Below are positions 12,370 through 24,749 of a stretch of DNA of 64,000 bases, piece by piece (position 1 is the stretch's first letter; every line of letters starts with the position of its first letter). The position numbers were made by a program, and so were the translations under genes. Below the pieces are notes generated by a model that saw only the letters and a list, made by a program, of their open reading frames with translations, made no database searches and was not told the DNA's origin. Origin of the DNA: Antechinus flavipes (lineage: Eukaryota); assembly GCF_016432865.1 (NCBI RefSeq), contig NC_067399.1, positions 665,756,001 through 665,820,000 of the forward strand, written 5' to 3'.

Positions 12370-12765
12370 AATTCTTTCATTCTTTCTCTATCCCTCCTTT
12401 TCCCTCTTTTCCTTTCTTCTNNNNNNNNNNNNNNNNNNNNNNNNNNNNNNNNNNNNNNNNNNNNNNNNNNNNNNNNNNNNNNNNNNNNNNNNNNNNNNNN
12501 NNNNNNNNNNNNNNNNNNNNNNNNNNNNNNNNNNNNNNNNNNNNNNNNNNNNNNNNNNNNNNNNNNNNNNNNNNNNCCCTTCTTTCCCCCTCCTTACCGT
12601 TCTCTTCCCTTCCCTTCCTTTTTCCCTCTCTTCCTTTCCTTTCCCTTATTTTCTTTCCCTTCTTCTTCCTTCCTTTCCCTTCTTTCCCCCTCCTTACCGT
12701 TCTCTTCCCTTCCCTTCCTTTTTCCCTCTCTTCCTTTCTTCTCTCTCTTTTTCTCTCTGTCTCAC
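12370..12765. repeat. Polypyrimidine (CTTC/CCTT-type) low-complexity tract containing an N-run (12421-12576)
   Basis: Direct inspection; internal near-duplicate units at about 12577-12640 and 12676-12740. Confidence 0.9.
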
Positions 12766-12959
12766 CTTTAACATGCAATAGGAGCTTAATAAATGCTTGT
12801 TGAATAAATTTAGTAACTAGAAGAGACCTTAGATAGCCTTTATGTTGATTGACTTTGGGGTGAAGGAACTGAAACCTACAATGGCAAGTGATTTGACTAA
12901 AAACATACAATGGAGGCTGGATTTAAATCTAGATCTTCCTTACTTGGAATTCATTACTT

Positions 12960-13200
12960 TTTCTAAATGGAGCTGGTGCAATGGCAGATAGAAAGATGGG
13001 CCTGGAGTAATGAAGACCTGAGTTCCAATCCAGACTCAGACACTAGCTGAGCAAGTCACTTAACTGCTGTTTGCCTCAGTTTCCTTAATTACAAAGTGGG
13101 GATAATAATAGCATCTATCTCCCACTGTTGTTGTGAAGATCAAATGAGATAATATTGCTTAGCAGAGACCTTGACACATAGTAGGTACTATATAAATATT
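12960..13200 (+). mobile_element. MIR CORE-SINE
   Basis: gaagacctgagttccaatcc...gcaagtcacttaac...gcctcagtttcc...gggataataatagcatc. Confidence 0.85.
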
Positions 13201-13914
13201 CAGTCCCTCCCTCACTTCCCTTTCCAGGTTATCTCGGGGAAACACAAAGCAATGAAATTATTGGGTTTAGGTAGACTGAGTGAGAATCTTCCTGGGGAGA
13301 GTTTTAAGCAGAATTTTGGGGGAAAAGGGAGGAAAGTTGAGGGAGACAAAGACATTACTGCTCAATTGAGACTATCCTTAGTGCTTTACCTAGAACCAAG
13401 GTAACAGTTGTTTCTTTGAGCTAAATAGCAACTGACATTTCAGGAAGCTTTGGGAAAGATTCAGCTTTTTGGGAAAATCATATGGTGTGTCTCAAAAACA
13501 GAGCTCTTCTCTGTCTCTCGGATCACTTCCCACAGTTGTTAAAATACCATTCCTCCTCCCATTAGGCAGTCCTCTTTAAAGTTATAATGATAATAATAAC
13601 AATAATAGAAGCAATAAAAACAACCCGAGCTCGTTCATCTTTTCTATTGCTTCCAGAGTATTCAAATTCCTCTTTATCTTTGAGGTGCTTGGAGGCAGAG
13701 GCTGTAAGAAGTGGCTTTTTGTGCAGCTAGGAGATAAGCTAAGGAAAGGACTTGGCAAACCTAAGTCACTAGGTCCATGTGAGTGATCATGCTATAATGG
13801 GTGAAGGTAATGCTGAAGCCATGTGGAAGTGAGTCTCTGTTCTAATCTGTGAAATAAAGGATCATTAGGCTAGAATAAGATTTCTTATGCTAGGTCCTTG
13901 CCATTGTTTTTTAA

Positions 13915-14030
13915 ACATGATTATTTTCCTTTGCAATGCTATAGCATCACGATTCTGAAAGGAGCCCCCTGGATTTTCCCAGACTGCCCGGTGGCTTCAT
14001 GACCAAAAAAGCTAAAAGCCCACAATCTAG
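13915..14030 (+). mobile_element. hAT-Charlie-type 3' fragment
   Basis: attattttcctttgcaatgc...cccagactgcc...catgaccaaaaaagctaa; similar to the 3' part of 5965-6445. Confidence 0.45.
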
Positions 14031-14164
14031 AAGAAATCTAAGGTCTCTTCCAGCACTCACATGCCTATCACAGTACCTGGCATACAGTAGTCACTTAACA
14101 AATGCTTATTGTCTTGACTTGATATTTGACATTTTAGGAAGTGTTTGGGGTATCTAAGAAGGCA

Positions 14165-14410
14165 GTTTAAGTATTGCAGTGAGTAGAGCACTAGACTGGT
14201 TAATAGGAAGTTCTAAGTTCAAATTCTACCTCAGACATTTATTAGCTGTGTGACTCTGGGAAAGTCAATTAATCTGTTTGCCTCAGTTTCTTTATCTGCA
14301 AAATGGGGATGATAGGTGTACCTACCTCCCAGGTTTGCTATAAGGAGCAAATGAGATAATAATTGTGAAGTGCTCAGCAAAGTGCCTGGCACACAGTAGG
14401 TGTTTTGTAA
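14165..14410 (+). mobile_element. MIR CORE-SINE
   Basis: gagtagagcactagactgg...aagttcaaattctacctcagac...gcctcagtttctttatctgcaaaatgggg. Confidence 0.85.
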
Positions 14411-14934
14411 ATATTACCTCTTATTATTAGCCTTGGAAATATGGCTTGCTGGAAAGAGTATGGAGCTTGAGTGCTGTGTGACCTTGGAAAAGTGACTTTT
14501 CTTTGTCTCTGGTAAAATGGGCTGGATGACCTCCCAAACCCCTTCTAGATCTATGATCTTTGGCCCCTTTTTTAACCAAAGGTATGCTTCTATATAGTAC
14601 CTATAAGATGGAGGAGCTTCCTTGAGTCCCTTTAGCTCTGTGTCTTAGGACACCAAGATGTGGAATTTGTGAAGCTGTTTCCATATAAATAAGAGGAGGG
14701 ATTCTGATCCTTCCCTCCAAACCATCCTAGCTGCCAAAGGAAAGCAATGGGGACCTTCTGGCAAGGCTTGGACCCGAGGCCTTGTGAGGGGACCTGGAGG
14801 TACTCGGGAGCTGGGAAATTGTATTTCTTCCTAAACCCAGAAGAGAAGAAACTTTTGAATGATCAGAAATGGAGGACAGAGTTTTCGGCAGTAGCAGTTT
14901 TTTTTTAAATATCTCCTCAGAAAGGATGAGGGAA

Positions 14935-15249
14935 GAGTGAGAATGAGAATTGGAGAGAGAGACAGACAGACAAAAACACAGAGAGAGACAAGAGTCAGAG
15001 AGACAGNNNNNNNNNNNNNNNNNNNNNNNNNNNNNNNNNNNNNNNNNNNNNNNNNNNNNNNNNNNNNNNNNNNNNNNNNNNNNNNNNNNNNNNNNNNNNN
15101 NNNNNNNNNNNNNNNNNNNNNNNNNNNNNNNNNNNNNNNNNNNNNNNNNNNNNNNNNNNNNNNNNNNNNNNNNNNNNNNNNNNNNNNNNNNNNNNNNNNN
15201 NNNNNNNNNNNNNNNNNNNNNNNNNNNNNNNNNNNNNNNNNNNNNNNNN
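14935..15249. repeat. (GA/GACA)n simple repeat with N-run 15007-15249
   Basis: Direct inspection. Confidence 0.8.
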
Positions 15250-15956
15250 ATGGCAGGAGTAGATGAAAACAGAAGCTTTCTGGGAAATTAACACAGATTA
15301 ACACTAAGCCTTGTAGTGACATAAATTCTTTCCTTTTCCTGGCTCAAACTTTTTAGAGAACATAGCAGAGAGACCGATTTATGATTCTTTGGAGAAAATA
15401 CTGGAAAAGTGCTAAATTTACTCCCCGTGTGTTTCTCCCTCCTGTTTTATTGCTATATGCAATGGATGGCATGGTTCATTACTAAGTGTTTCTTTGTGAT
15501 GCTAAATTTTGCTTGCCAGTTATTTGCATTTTTAAAACATTATAACATTAAAACATGGATTACCAGATAAAGATAAATTTATTTTCATTCTGAGTTCATG
15601 TAGTTATACAGATTGTGATAAGTATGGAGAGATCTGTAGATAAACGATTACATCAAATTCAGCTGGCTAAAAGACTTCCCTTCCACCTTAGCAATCGATA
15701 GATTGCCTGGAGGCTCAGAGTATTTTATGAATTTTATTTGTGAGGTGAATTTTTTAAGCTTTTAAAACATTACAGAGTAAAGAAGCCGTGTGAAATTGGG
15801 ACTAAAAGGCTCACAAGCTAATGGCATTACGTCCAAGTCAACAGGTCAGTCGACAACAGAGACCTTGGGTTTTTCTCCATTATAATGAGAGAGAAGTGGG
15901 AGGAAGGGATGTAGTAGAGACCTCAAGAGAAGATCGTGTCCTAAACTGGCCCCAGT

Positions 15957-16172
15957 GGGTAGAGGGTCAATTCCTAGCCCTCTCCCCCATGTAATACACT
16001 CCAAGGGAAGGAGGTGAGAAGTATTCTGGGTAAAGGATCAATTCCTAGCACTCTCTTCCATGCAATACACTCCAAGGGAAGAAGAGAGAAGTATTCTGGG
16101 TAGTGGGTCAATTCCTAGCACTCCCCACCCCCCCATGTAGTACACTCCAAGGGAAGGAAGTAAGCAGTATTA
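15957..16172. repeat. Three-copy tandem repeat of about 71 bp, possibly within an LTR-like element (about 15910-16300)
   Basis: Units 15957-16027, 16028-16097 and 16098-16172 share gggta..gg.tcaattcctagc...catg.a.tacactccaagggaag...gtatt. Confidence 0.9.
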
Positions 16173-17354
16173 TGTCCCTAAATACTCTCTTCTTTGACCT
16201 CTGCTAGACATCATGAATATTCCTAAAACTTGAATCCGACAATGTCTCTCTCATCAGAAGTCTTCGGTGATTTTTGATGACCTCGAAGAATAAGACTCAG
16301 TTCTTAAGGCTGGCACAGAAAGCCTTCAGCAGTTCGGCTCCCATCAACCTTTGCAGACTTTTTATTTTTCTGCATTCCAGTTAGACAGAGCCACCTGGCA
16401 TTTCCTAGGCACAACACGGCCCACCTCTGTATGTTCCCCAGGCTGTCTCCCGTGCTTGGGATGCTCTCCCTCCTCATCTCCCCGGGGAAATCCCACAGGC
16501 AGATTGGCACAGTCCAGCTTGAGCTGCATAAATGAGGAAAACAGTAGCATTTTTGTCACAGTCGCTGTGAGGATCAAGTGATGCAATGTCGGAAAGGCGC
16601 TTTAGTCAACTTAAGGCACCAGGTAAATGTTCACTATTAAAAGCAAGTGCAAAATAGCCACAAGACCAGGGAATAGGGTGGGGATAGGTTGGAATATACC
16701 TCGGAGGGTTGGACTGGTTTTAGCCAGGCCCAGGATACTGGCTCAGCATCTACTGGGATCCACAGCAGTCCATGATGCATGATGGAGTAAGAGACAGTTA
16801 GGGATGGGGGCTCCTGACTGTTGGGGGTGGGGAAGGAAAATGAGGAAAAGTTCTCTATGAGAGGTAGATCTTGAGATGCATTTTGAAAGAAGAGAGAGTC
16901 TGTAAACAAGTTAGGAGGGAGTGCGTTCTAAACATGCAGAACTGCTGCTGTAAAGGCACAGAGACGGCAGATGGAAGGCCATGTGTGAAGACCAGCAAGG
17001 AAGCCGGGGGGATGGATTGTAGAGCATAGGGACGGCAAGCGATGGATGATGAGTTTGGAAAGAGAGACTGGGAGCATGTGGAGAAACATCGAAAGCCAGC
17101 GAGGGGACCTTATGAGGTCTGAGCCTTGGGCCTTGTGACCTCATGCTAGACTAGGGAGACAGGTTGGAGAAAATGGTCTTTGCCTCCCTGAGCCAACAGG
17201 AAATAGATTCACTGAAAGGATTAGGACCAATTAGGAAAGGTCCTTTAAGGGGGACAAGATTGGGTTATGGGTAGCTTTAGAATATGGCTGATATCCTATG
17301 AAAAAAAGGATCCAATGATTGTTATCCAACTGAATGATTGTTAAGATTGTTAAG

Positions 17355-17735
17355 GCTGAGTCGGTGGAGTGTTGTCTTGATCAAAAACCAAAACCCACAG
17401 CCCGTGTATCCAGCTAGAAATCTTGTTTGAATTTCCCCAGCCAGACATTGTCCGTTGCTTCCAGAGGTCACACGTTGGAAACCTCCCAAAGTGCATGTCG
17501 GAGTGCGTGTACAGATGGTGATTTTGGCACGAGGCGCCAGCTGGCATCGAACAGCCACATCGCTGCGTCCCCAGAGAGCTGGGCCCACACACCAAGACTG
17601 CAGAGGGTCCCGTGGTCCGATGCGGGAGGCAAGAACTCTCACGAGAACTCTGGATAAAAACGGTGACTTCTTTCCTGTGGTCACTGCTTTAAAGGGGGAG
17701 AAGGTCAATCGTGGAAGGGCCAACCCGGGCCCATT
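17355..17735. promoter_or_regulatory. Small CpG-island-like unique segment (regulatory element or unrecognised exon)
   Basis: About 18 CpG in about 375 bp, the densest in the window; AP-1 heptamer TGAGTCA adjacent at 17761-17767. Confidence 0.4.
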
Positions 17736-17959
17736 AAGCTCTTGGTCAGTGCTTAGAATGTGAGTCACTGTGGCAGGGAGGAGAAAATGATATGGGGGAG
17801 TAAGGGAGCTCTGGGTGACTCCAGGCAAAATCACTTCCTCTCCCTAGAGCCCAGTTTCCCCCTCTGGGAAAAAAGAGGGGCTCCTATTATCAATCAGGTG
17901 ATCAAAAACATTTATTCATTGTTTGCTATGTGGGCAAGAACTCTGTCATGATGTATGGG

Positions 17960-18480
17960 TACAAATGCAAAAGCAAAATTGTTTCTGATCTCAAGAAACT
18001 TATATTCTATTAGGGGAGAGAAAGAGGGAGAGAGAAAGAGAGAGAGAGAAAGAAACTGGTGGGGGAGGGGAGGGAAAAGAAGGGAAAGGGAGGAAGGGGA
18101 AGGGAAAGGGAGGGAGAGGCACACAGAGATACACCATAGAGGCATAGGCACAGAAATAATGGCACAGGGACAGAGACACAAGAAGAGAAAGAGAGAAATA
18201 CACAGAAAGAGAAAAAGAAAGACTGAGGGGAGAGGAGAAAGAGAGAGAGGGACACAGAAAGACACACAGAGAGAGAGAAAGAGACAAAGAAAAAGGAAGA
18301 GGGGGAGGGATGAGGGAGGAGAAGAAGGAGAAGGGGAGGAGGAAAGGGAGAAGAGGAGAGGAATGAAGAGGGGGAAGGAAAGAGAGAAAGAGAGAGAGAG
18401 AGACAGAGACAGAGAGAGACAGAGACAGAGACAGAGACAGACAGAGACAGAATCAGAGAGAGAGACAGAGAATCCTAACT
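17960..18480. repeat. Long polypurine (GA/GGA/GACA) low-complexity tract
   Basis: Direct inspection. Confidence 0.9.
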
Positions 18481-19914
18481 CTGAGACCCTGTATGCTCAG
18501 TAAGGAAACATTTCACAATAGGTTACTCTCTACTATTCCTTAGGAAGAAAATAGGCTACAAAACATATGTTGATAAGATTCTTCAACTTTGCTCACCAGA
18601 AAACTGAGCTACCTGAGCTATCTCTGTTATTCTTGATCTCTCCAGTTAATGCAATATTTATTAACAAGGCAAAGAAGGGGTGGTTGGGTAGGCAACCTGA
18701 GGTCAGGGCTCATGGATTTGGGATTTGTGTTATTATTGGGGGTGGGGGGAAGCACTGAATTCGGACTCAGAGGACGTGGTCTCTGTTACTTCTTAGTAGA
18801 TCAGCCCCTTTCCCTGTCTGGGCTTCAGTTTCTCCAGCTCCAGAATGAGAGGCCTTGAACCAGCTAATTTCTGGCTTCTTCCAGGTCTGAAACAAGGCTT
18901 CTCTAATCACACAAAACAATCTATTAAGAGAAGACTGACTCCAAGACCTGCTCCCAAAGACCACACATACATAACCAAAGTCTTCTCCAGCTTCTTAAAT
19001 TAACACTGACGTTGGATCGTTTATTCTCCTCAGAAAGGCCCTTGATCTCGAGGGTCTCCCCAGCTCCCTTTGCTTGGCTTGGTCCAGTGTGAGGACCGTG
19101 CTAGGTTGGTACCCAGCACGTTTTTTTCCTTTTCTTTTTTTAGTTAGCACTTCTCCTTTCCAGGTGGCCAGCCATTCTTTTTCCAGGATGATGCCATCTG
19201 GTCTTGTTTGGGGGTTCTGCTGTTTGGTGCATCTTTAAGAATTTTTCTCAAAGTTTTACTGTTTCCTTTGGTCTTTAAAACATAGTTATTTCTCCTCAGA
19301 TCCATGAAATCCTCTCTCACATAACAAAGAAAAATTTTCAAGAAAATTAATCAACAAACTATTGTGGTCTATGTCAGCTTCCACTTCTATAGTCTCCCCA
19401 TCTTGGAAATAGGTGGTGCAATGGCTAGCATACTGATCTTGAAGTCAGAATGGATCTAAGTTCAAATCTGGCCTCAGATATTTAGAAGCGAGGGGACATT
19501 GGGCAAGTCTTCACTGTTCAAGAAATCTCATGTCTAGATTGTCTTCCTTCCTCCAAACAGGAGGCAAGAGTTCAGGAATTTTATTTTGCAGGAGCTTTCT
19601 TCTTTTATACTTTGTGGACCACTCCATGTTGCTTTGCCTGAAGGCAGTCAGTACTAACTCTTGGTGGATCTGGGGAAGGTGAGATACTATGTTCACAAAG
19701 AGACTTTCTACCCCCAGTGCACTATTAGCTCTGCTGTCCTCAATGGATGTCAGAGGGGAGAAAGGCAAAAAGAAATGAGTAAATCTGTCAGCTCCTTTGT
19801 TATGGACTAACTTAAAAGCTCCTCTCAGAAATTTTAATTCTCAATCAAGTTATCTTGGGCTTGACCAAATGTTGGTTCCTGAGATCAAACTGGGAGTTGT
19901 ATTTTAAATAAGAT

Positions 19915-21725
19915 CATGGATCTGGTAATCATAATTGTGAATGTGAATGGAATGAACTCTCCCATAAAATGGAAGCAAATAGCAAAGTACATTAAAAAAC
20001 AGAATCCTACAATAGGTTGTTTAAGAGAAACACATTTGAAATAGAGAGATACATATAGAGTAAAGGTAAAAGACTGGGACAGAATTTATTATGCTTCAAC
20101 TGAAGCAAAAAAAAAGCAAGGGTAACCATTCTGATGTCAGATAAAGTAAAAATAAAAATAGATCTAATTAAAAGAGTTAAGGAAGAAAACTTCACCTTGT
20201 TAAAGGGTACTGTAAATAACAAAGTAGTAATGATACTAAAGGTATATTCACCAAGTGGTAGAACAACCAAATTCCTAAAGAAGATATTAAGCCAGTTACT
20301 GGAAGAAATAGACAGCAAAACTATACTGCTGGAAATAACTGTTTGGACATGTATACTTATATTGTATTTAATTTATACTTTAACATATTTAACATGTATT
20401 GGTCAACCTGCCACTGAGGGAGGGAGTGGGGGAAGGAGGGGAAAAACTGGAACAAAAGGTTTGGCAATTGTCAATGCTGTAAAATTACCCATGAATATAG
20501 CTTGTAAATGAAAAGCTATAATAATAATAAAAAAAGAAAATGGAAATTGAATAGATGCCCATCAATTGGAGAATGGCTGAATAAGTTGTGGTATATGAAT
20601 GTTATGGAATATTATTGTTCTGTTAAGTAATGACCAGCAGGATGAATACAGAGAGACCTGGAGAGAATTACATGAACTGATGCTAAATGAAATGAACAGA
20701 ACCAGGAGATCATAATATACTTCAACAACAATGCTATATATTGATCAATTCTGATGGATGTGGCTCTCTTCAACAATGAGATGAACCAAATCACTTCCAT
20801 TGCTTCAATAATGAACAGAACCAGCTACACCCAGCAAAAAAACTGTGGGAAGTGAGTGTGAACCACAACATAGCATTTCACTTCTAATATATATATATAC
20901 TGCAGGGGGACCTTAATGTCCCCCTCTCAGAATCAGACAAATCTAACCACAATGTAAACAAGAAAGAAACTAAGGAGGTTAATAGAATCCTAGAAAACCT
21001 AGCTATGACAGACCTGCCAAAAAAATTGAGTAGGGACAGAAAGAAATACATTTTTTTTTGGCAGTACATGGCACCTACACAAAAACTGATCGTGTATTAG
21101 GGCATAAAAACTTCACTATCAAATGCAGAAAGATAAAAATCATAAATGCTTCTTTTTCATAATATGATACAATAAAATTATAGTCAATAAAGGGCCAGAC
21201 TAAAAACCAATTGGAAATTAAATAATATAATTCTAAATAATGAGTGGGTCAAACAACAAATCACAGAAACAATTCATAATTTCATCCAAGAAAATGACAA
21301 TAATGAGACAACATACCAAAACCTATGGGATACAGCCCAAACAGTTCTTAGGGGAAATTTTATATCTTTAAATAATTACATAAATAAAATAGAGAAAGAG
21401 GAAATCAATGCATTGGGCATGCAACTAAAAAAAACAAGAAAAAGAACAAATTAAAACATCCCAATTAAATGCCAAATTAGAATTTCTGAAGCTCAAAGGA
21501 GAGATTAATAAAATCGAAACTAAGAAAACTATTGAACTAATTAATAAAACCAAGAGTTGGTTTTATGAAAAAAACAACAAAATACTTTTAGTTAATTTGA
21601 TTAGAAAAAGGAAAGAAAAAAACAAATTACCAGCATCACAAATGAAAAGGGTGAACTTTTGCCAACAATGAAAAAGAAATTAAAGCAATAATTAGGAGCT
21701 ATTTTGCCCACTATATAGCAACTAA
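19915..21725 (+). mobile_element. Old L1 ORF2 endonuclease-region fragment interrupted by nested L1 3' pieces (20331-20895)
   Basis: NVNGMNSPIK...CLRETHLK...SDKVKIKIDLIKR...IDSKTIL; the element resumes after 20896 with gggggaccttaat (GDLN motif). Confidence 0.9.
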
Positions 21726-23341
21726 ATATGATCATGCCTCATGGATATCCATAATCTATAGGGAGAAATATGGACAATTAACATCCAACTATACATTCCT
21801 CTCCTGATAAAGCGATGAAATTGAAGAAAGAACTCCAAAGTCACTGTGCAGGTACTAGGGATACAAAACCAAAAGGAACAGCAGACTCTGTCCTCACATT
21901 CTGATGAAGGAAGAATCTGAAGGCATGAGCGCATTTTGAATCAGTGATTCATTGGCTTGGAATGGTGGTATATGTTGTTCCTTCCAGAGAAATTAGAGCA
22001 CTCAATGTCATCTCCAAGAGAACAAGTAATAATATTTACATGATATCCCATAGATACAAATGAGTCTACATAGATTTGTATAGACTTATAATTTCAAACA
22101 GTGTATTATAGTAGATGGAATGTTATATTGGAAGTCAGGAAAACTTAGATTGAAATTCTGTCTTTGACATGTCCTAGCTGTGCAAAGGAGGTAGCAGTGA
22201 GAACAGGATGAGGGCTCAAATGTCAACTCCATTACTTGGGGAGAACCTCTCTGGACCTCAGTTTCAACACTTCTAAAATGGGAATAATGAACTAGATGGA
22301 TTCTAAGAACCTTTCCAGCTCTGTACCTATGATCCCTTTCATTGGAGTAAGTCCCTATACCTCTTTCATCAGCAATTTCCCTATAATGAAGAGAAGCATC
22401 CTTACAGGTAGGATTTTGGAGGACCTAGGATTTTGTCAGTTGTATATGGTCTCTCCTTCAGTACAGAGCCATTCATGGCTTAGTAGTCTTAACAAAATGC
22501 TATGGTGAAAAGTCTTATTGTGTGTCCAAGATAGTGAGGGGCCCCTAGAATGGGAGATAAGAGACAGTCTCTCCCTCTCTGGGTCTGTCATGGAAGTCTC
22601 TCCAGCCTGGAAGGACCTATCAACTCTTTTTTTGCTCGAATAGATTTCAGGGATTACAGCAGGGCTATGATGGATGAAGGGATCCTCCTGCTGAAAGGCA
22701 ATTCTTCTCTGTTCTTTGATAAACTGAAGTGAGTTCAGGAAAGGGTCTGTAACGGGACTGCTCTGGATCTCTCCTCCCCCTGGCTCCTTATCCCATGCTC
22801 ACAAGAGGCATTGGAAGCCCCCTCTTCCCTCGCCAGAAATGGCAGTGACCTGTGGCTTATGCTCGTGTTCCCGAGAATCTGCCTGCTCCTAATAATAACG
22901 CTTCTCACAGAGCAAGAGTGGGATTCAGCAAACTCCAGAATGAGCATCCTTCCAAGAGAGGTTTGAAGATTGCCTCTGTGGACCAGGCTCGCAGTGCTTT
23001 AATTAGTTCCTGTTAAAAGAAGCCCCTCCTGCAAATTGAATGAGCATTTCAAAGACTTCAAGCTCTTTGCCTGCTGGTGCCCCAGGGGAAGGGGGAGGGA
23101 GGTGAAGGCAGGGAGACTTTCCCCTAAACCTTAGAAATGAGAAATAGAAGAGTCAGAGCTTCGGCTCTTAGAATCACAGGGTTTTAGAGTCTTAATGGAA
23201 CCTAGAGTTTGTCTAGCTCAACCTCTGTATTTTACAGGGGTGGAAGCGGAGGCTAAACTGATTTCACCAAAGTCTAGTAATGGGTTAACCGAAAGGCAGA
23301 AGCAAGATCCACTTTTTCTGATTCCAAGTTTAGAACCTGTT

Positions 23342-23545
23342 NNNNNNNNNNNNNNNNNNNNNNNNNNNNNNNNNNNNNNNNNNNNNNNNNNNNNNNNNNN
23401 NNNNNNNNNNNNNNNNNNNNNNNNNNNNNNNNNNNNNNNNNNNNNNNNNNNNNNNNNNNNNNNNNNNNNNNNNNNNNNNNNNNNNNNNNNNNNNNNNNNN
23501 NNNNNNNNNNNNNNNNNNNNNNNNNNNNNNNNNNNNNNNNNNNNN
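23342..23545. other. Undetermined sequence (N-run, 204 bp)
   Basis: N characters. Confidence 1.
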
Positions 23546-23714
23546 CTAAAGAAATCATTGGCTTATTCTGCAGTGTCCTTGGGAGGGATTTTAATTGAAA
23601 CTTAATAGTTTCAATTAGCAGGCAATCTGTGGGATACCTCTGACTTTATCATCTACTCTGTTGCCTTGTACAAAGTATTGCATTTTCAGTTTCTTCAGCT
23701 ATAAAATGGAAAGG

Positions 23715-23985
23715 GAAGATACAAAGCCTTTATTAAGCACCCATTATGTACCAGGCACTATACCATGCCCTTTACAAATATTATCTCATTTGTTCCCCAT
23801 AACAACCCTGGGAAGTAGGTGCTATTTTTATCCACATTTTTGCAGTTGAGGGAACTGAGGCAGGCAGCATTTAAGTTACTTATTCAGGATCACCCAGTCC
23901 ATTACTAGATCTGAAAGTGGATTTGAGCCTCTCTTCCTGATGCCAGATTTAGCTTTCTATCCACTGAGCCATCTAGCCACTGCTA
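23715..23985 (-). mobile_element. MIR CORE-SINE
   Basis: ttattaagcacccattatgtaccagg...aactgaggcaggc...tatccactgagccatctagc. Confidence 0.85.
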
Positions 23986-24749
23986 GGAGATACTCCTTGC
24001 ACTATCTCTCAAGGGAAGCTATTTCTAAGCTTCCCAGAAATGGGAGTTATCATGATTGAATGATTCATCAGAGAGGCTGCCCTGAGTATTCTGAATGTGG
24101 AACCTCTTCCTTGCATTTTCCTTGTCATGTCAGAAGGTAACAGAATGAGAATAGATGTCCTTTCATAAGAGAGCTGCAGCTATTCAACAGAGATAAACAG
24201 GCCACAGATACAACACTAGAGGAGACCCCAGAAGCCACCCAATACAATTCCTTGATTTTTCCCAGAAAGGTTAAGATCCCACAGCTGGCAAGTGGCCAAA
24301 AAGGCAGAATGTGCCTTCCTGACTCCAAGCTCCCCTCTCCATTCACACATTCTAAGTGAGAAGGATTAAGAAAATCACCGAGGAAGAAGTCCTTGAGCTG
24401 AGTCTTGAAGAAGTGAGCAAAGGGGAGGAGGGTGAACTTTCCAAGTAGAAGGACAATCAAGAGCTCTGGATTTGGGGTCCTAGGGCTGGATGCCTAGCTC
24501 TGGCACTCACTCCACTGGGTACATCCCTTCTCCATCACTTTGCAGTGAGACAGGTAGGTGAGATCAGGTAGCCACTGATCTCCTTCTCAGACACTCCAAA
24601 GCATGGAGGTGGAAGAGGAGGAAACAGGCAGTTTCACTGAGTGATGGAGAGGAAGAGGAACAAGGTGAAAAGAACAGAGAAAAAAACAGATTGAGAAGAA
24701 ATGCTGGACAGCCCGATTTGTGTTTTGTTCTCAAGGCAACAGAGACCAG

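Noticed and set aside
15957-16172. Possible CRISPR-like array
   Set aside because: Units are contiguous diverged tandem copies without unique spacers, in a mammalian context with no cas genes.
17955-18503. 182-aa Arg/Glu/Lys-rich ORF and overlapping antisense Ser/Leu-rich ORFs
   Set aside because: Pure translation of the GA simple repeat; the same applies to ORFs spanning the N-runs at 12.4, 15.0, 23.3 and 27.0 kb.
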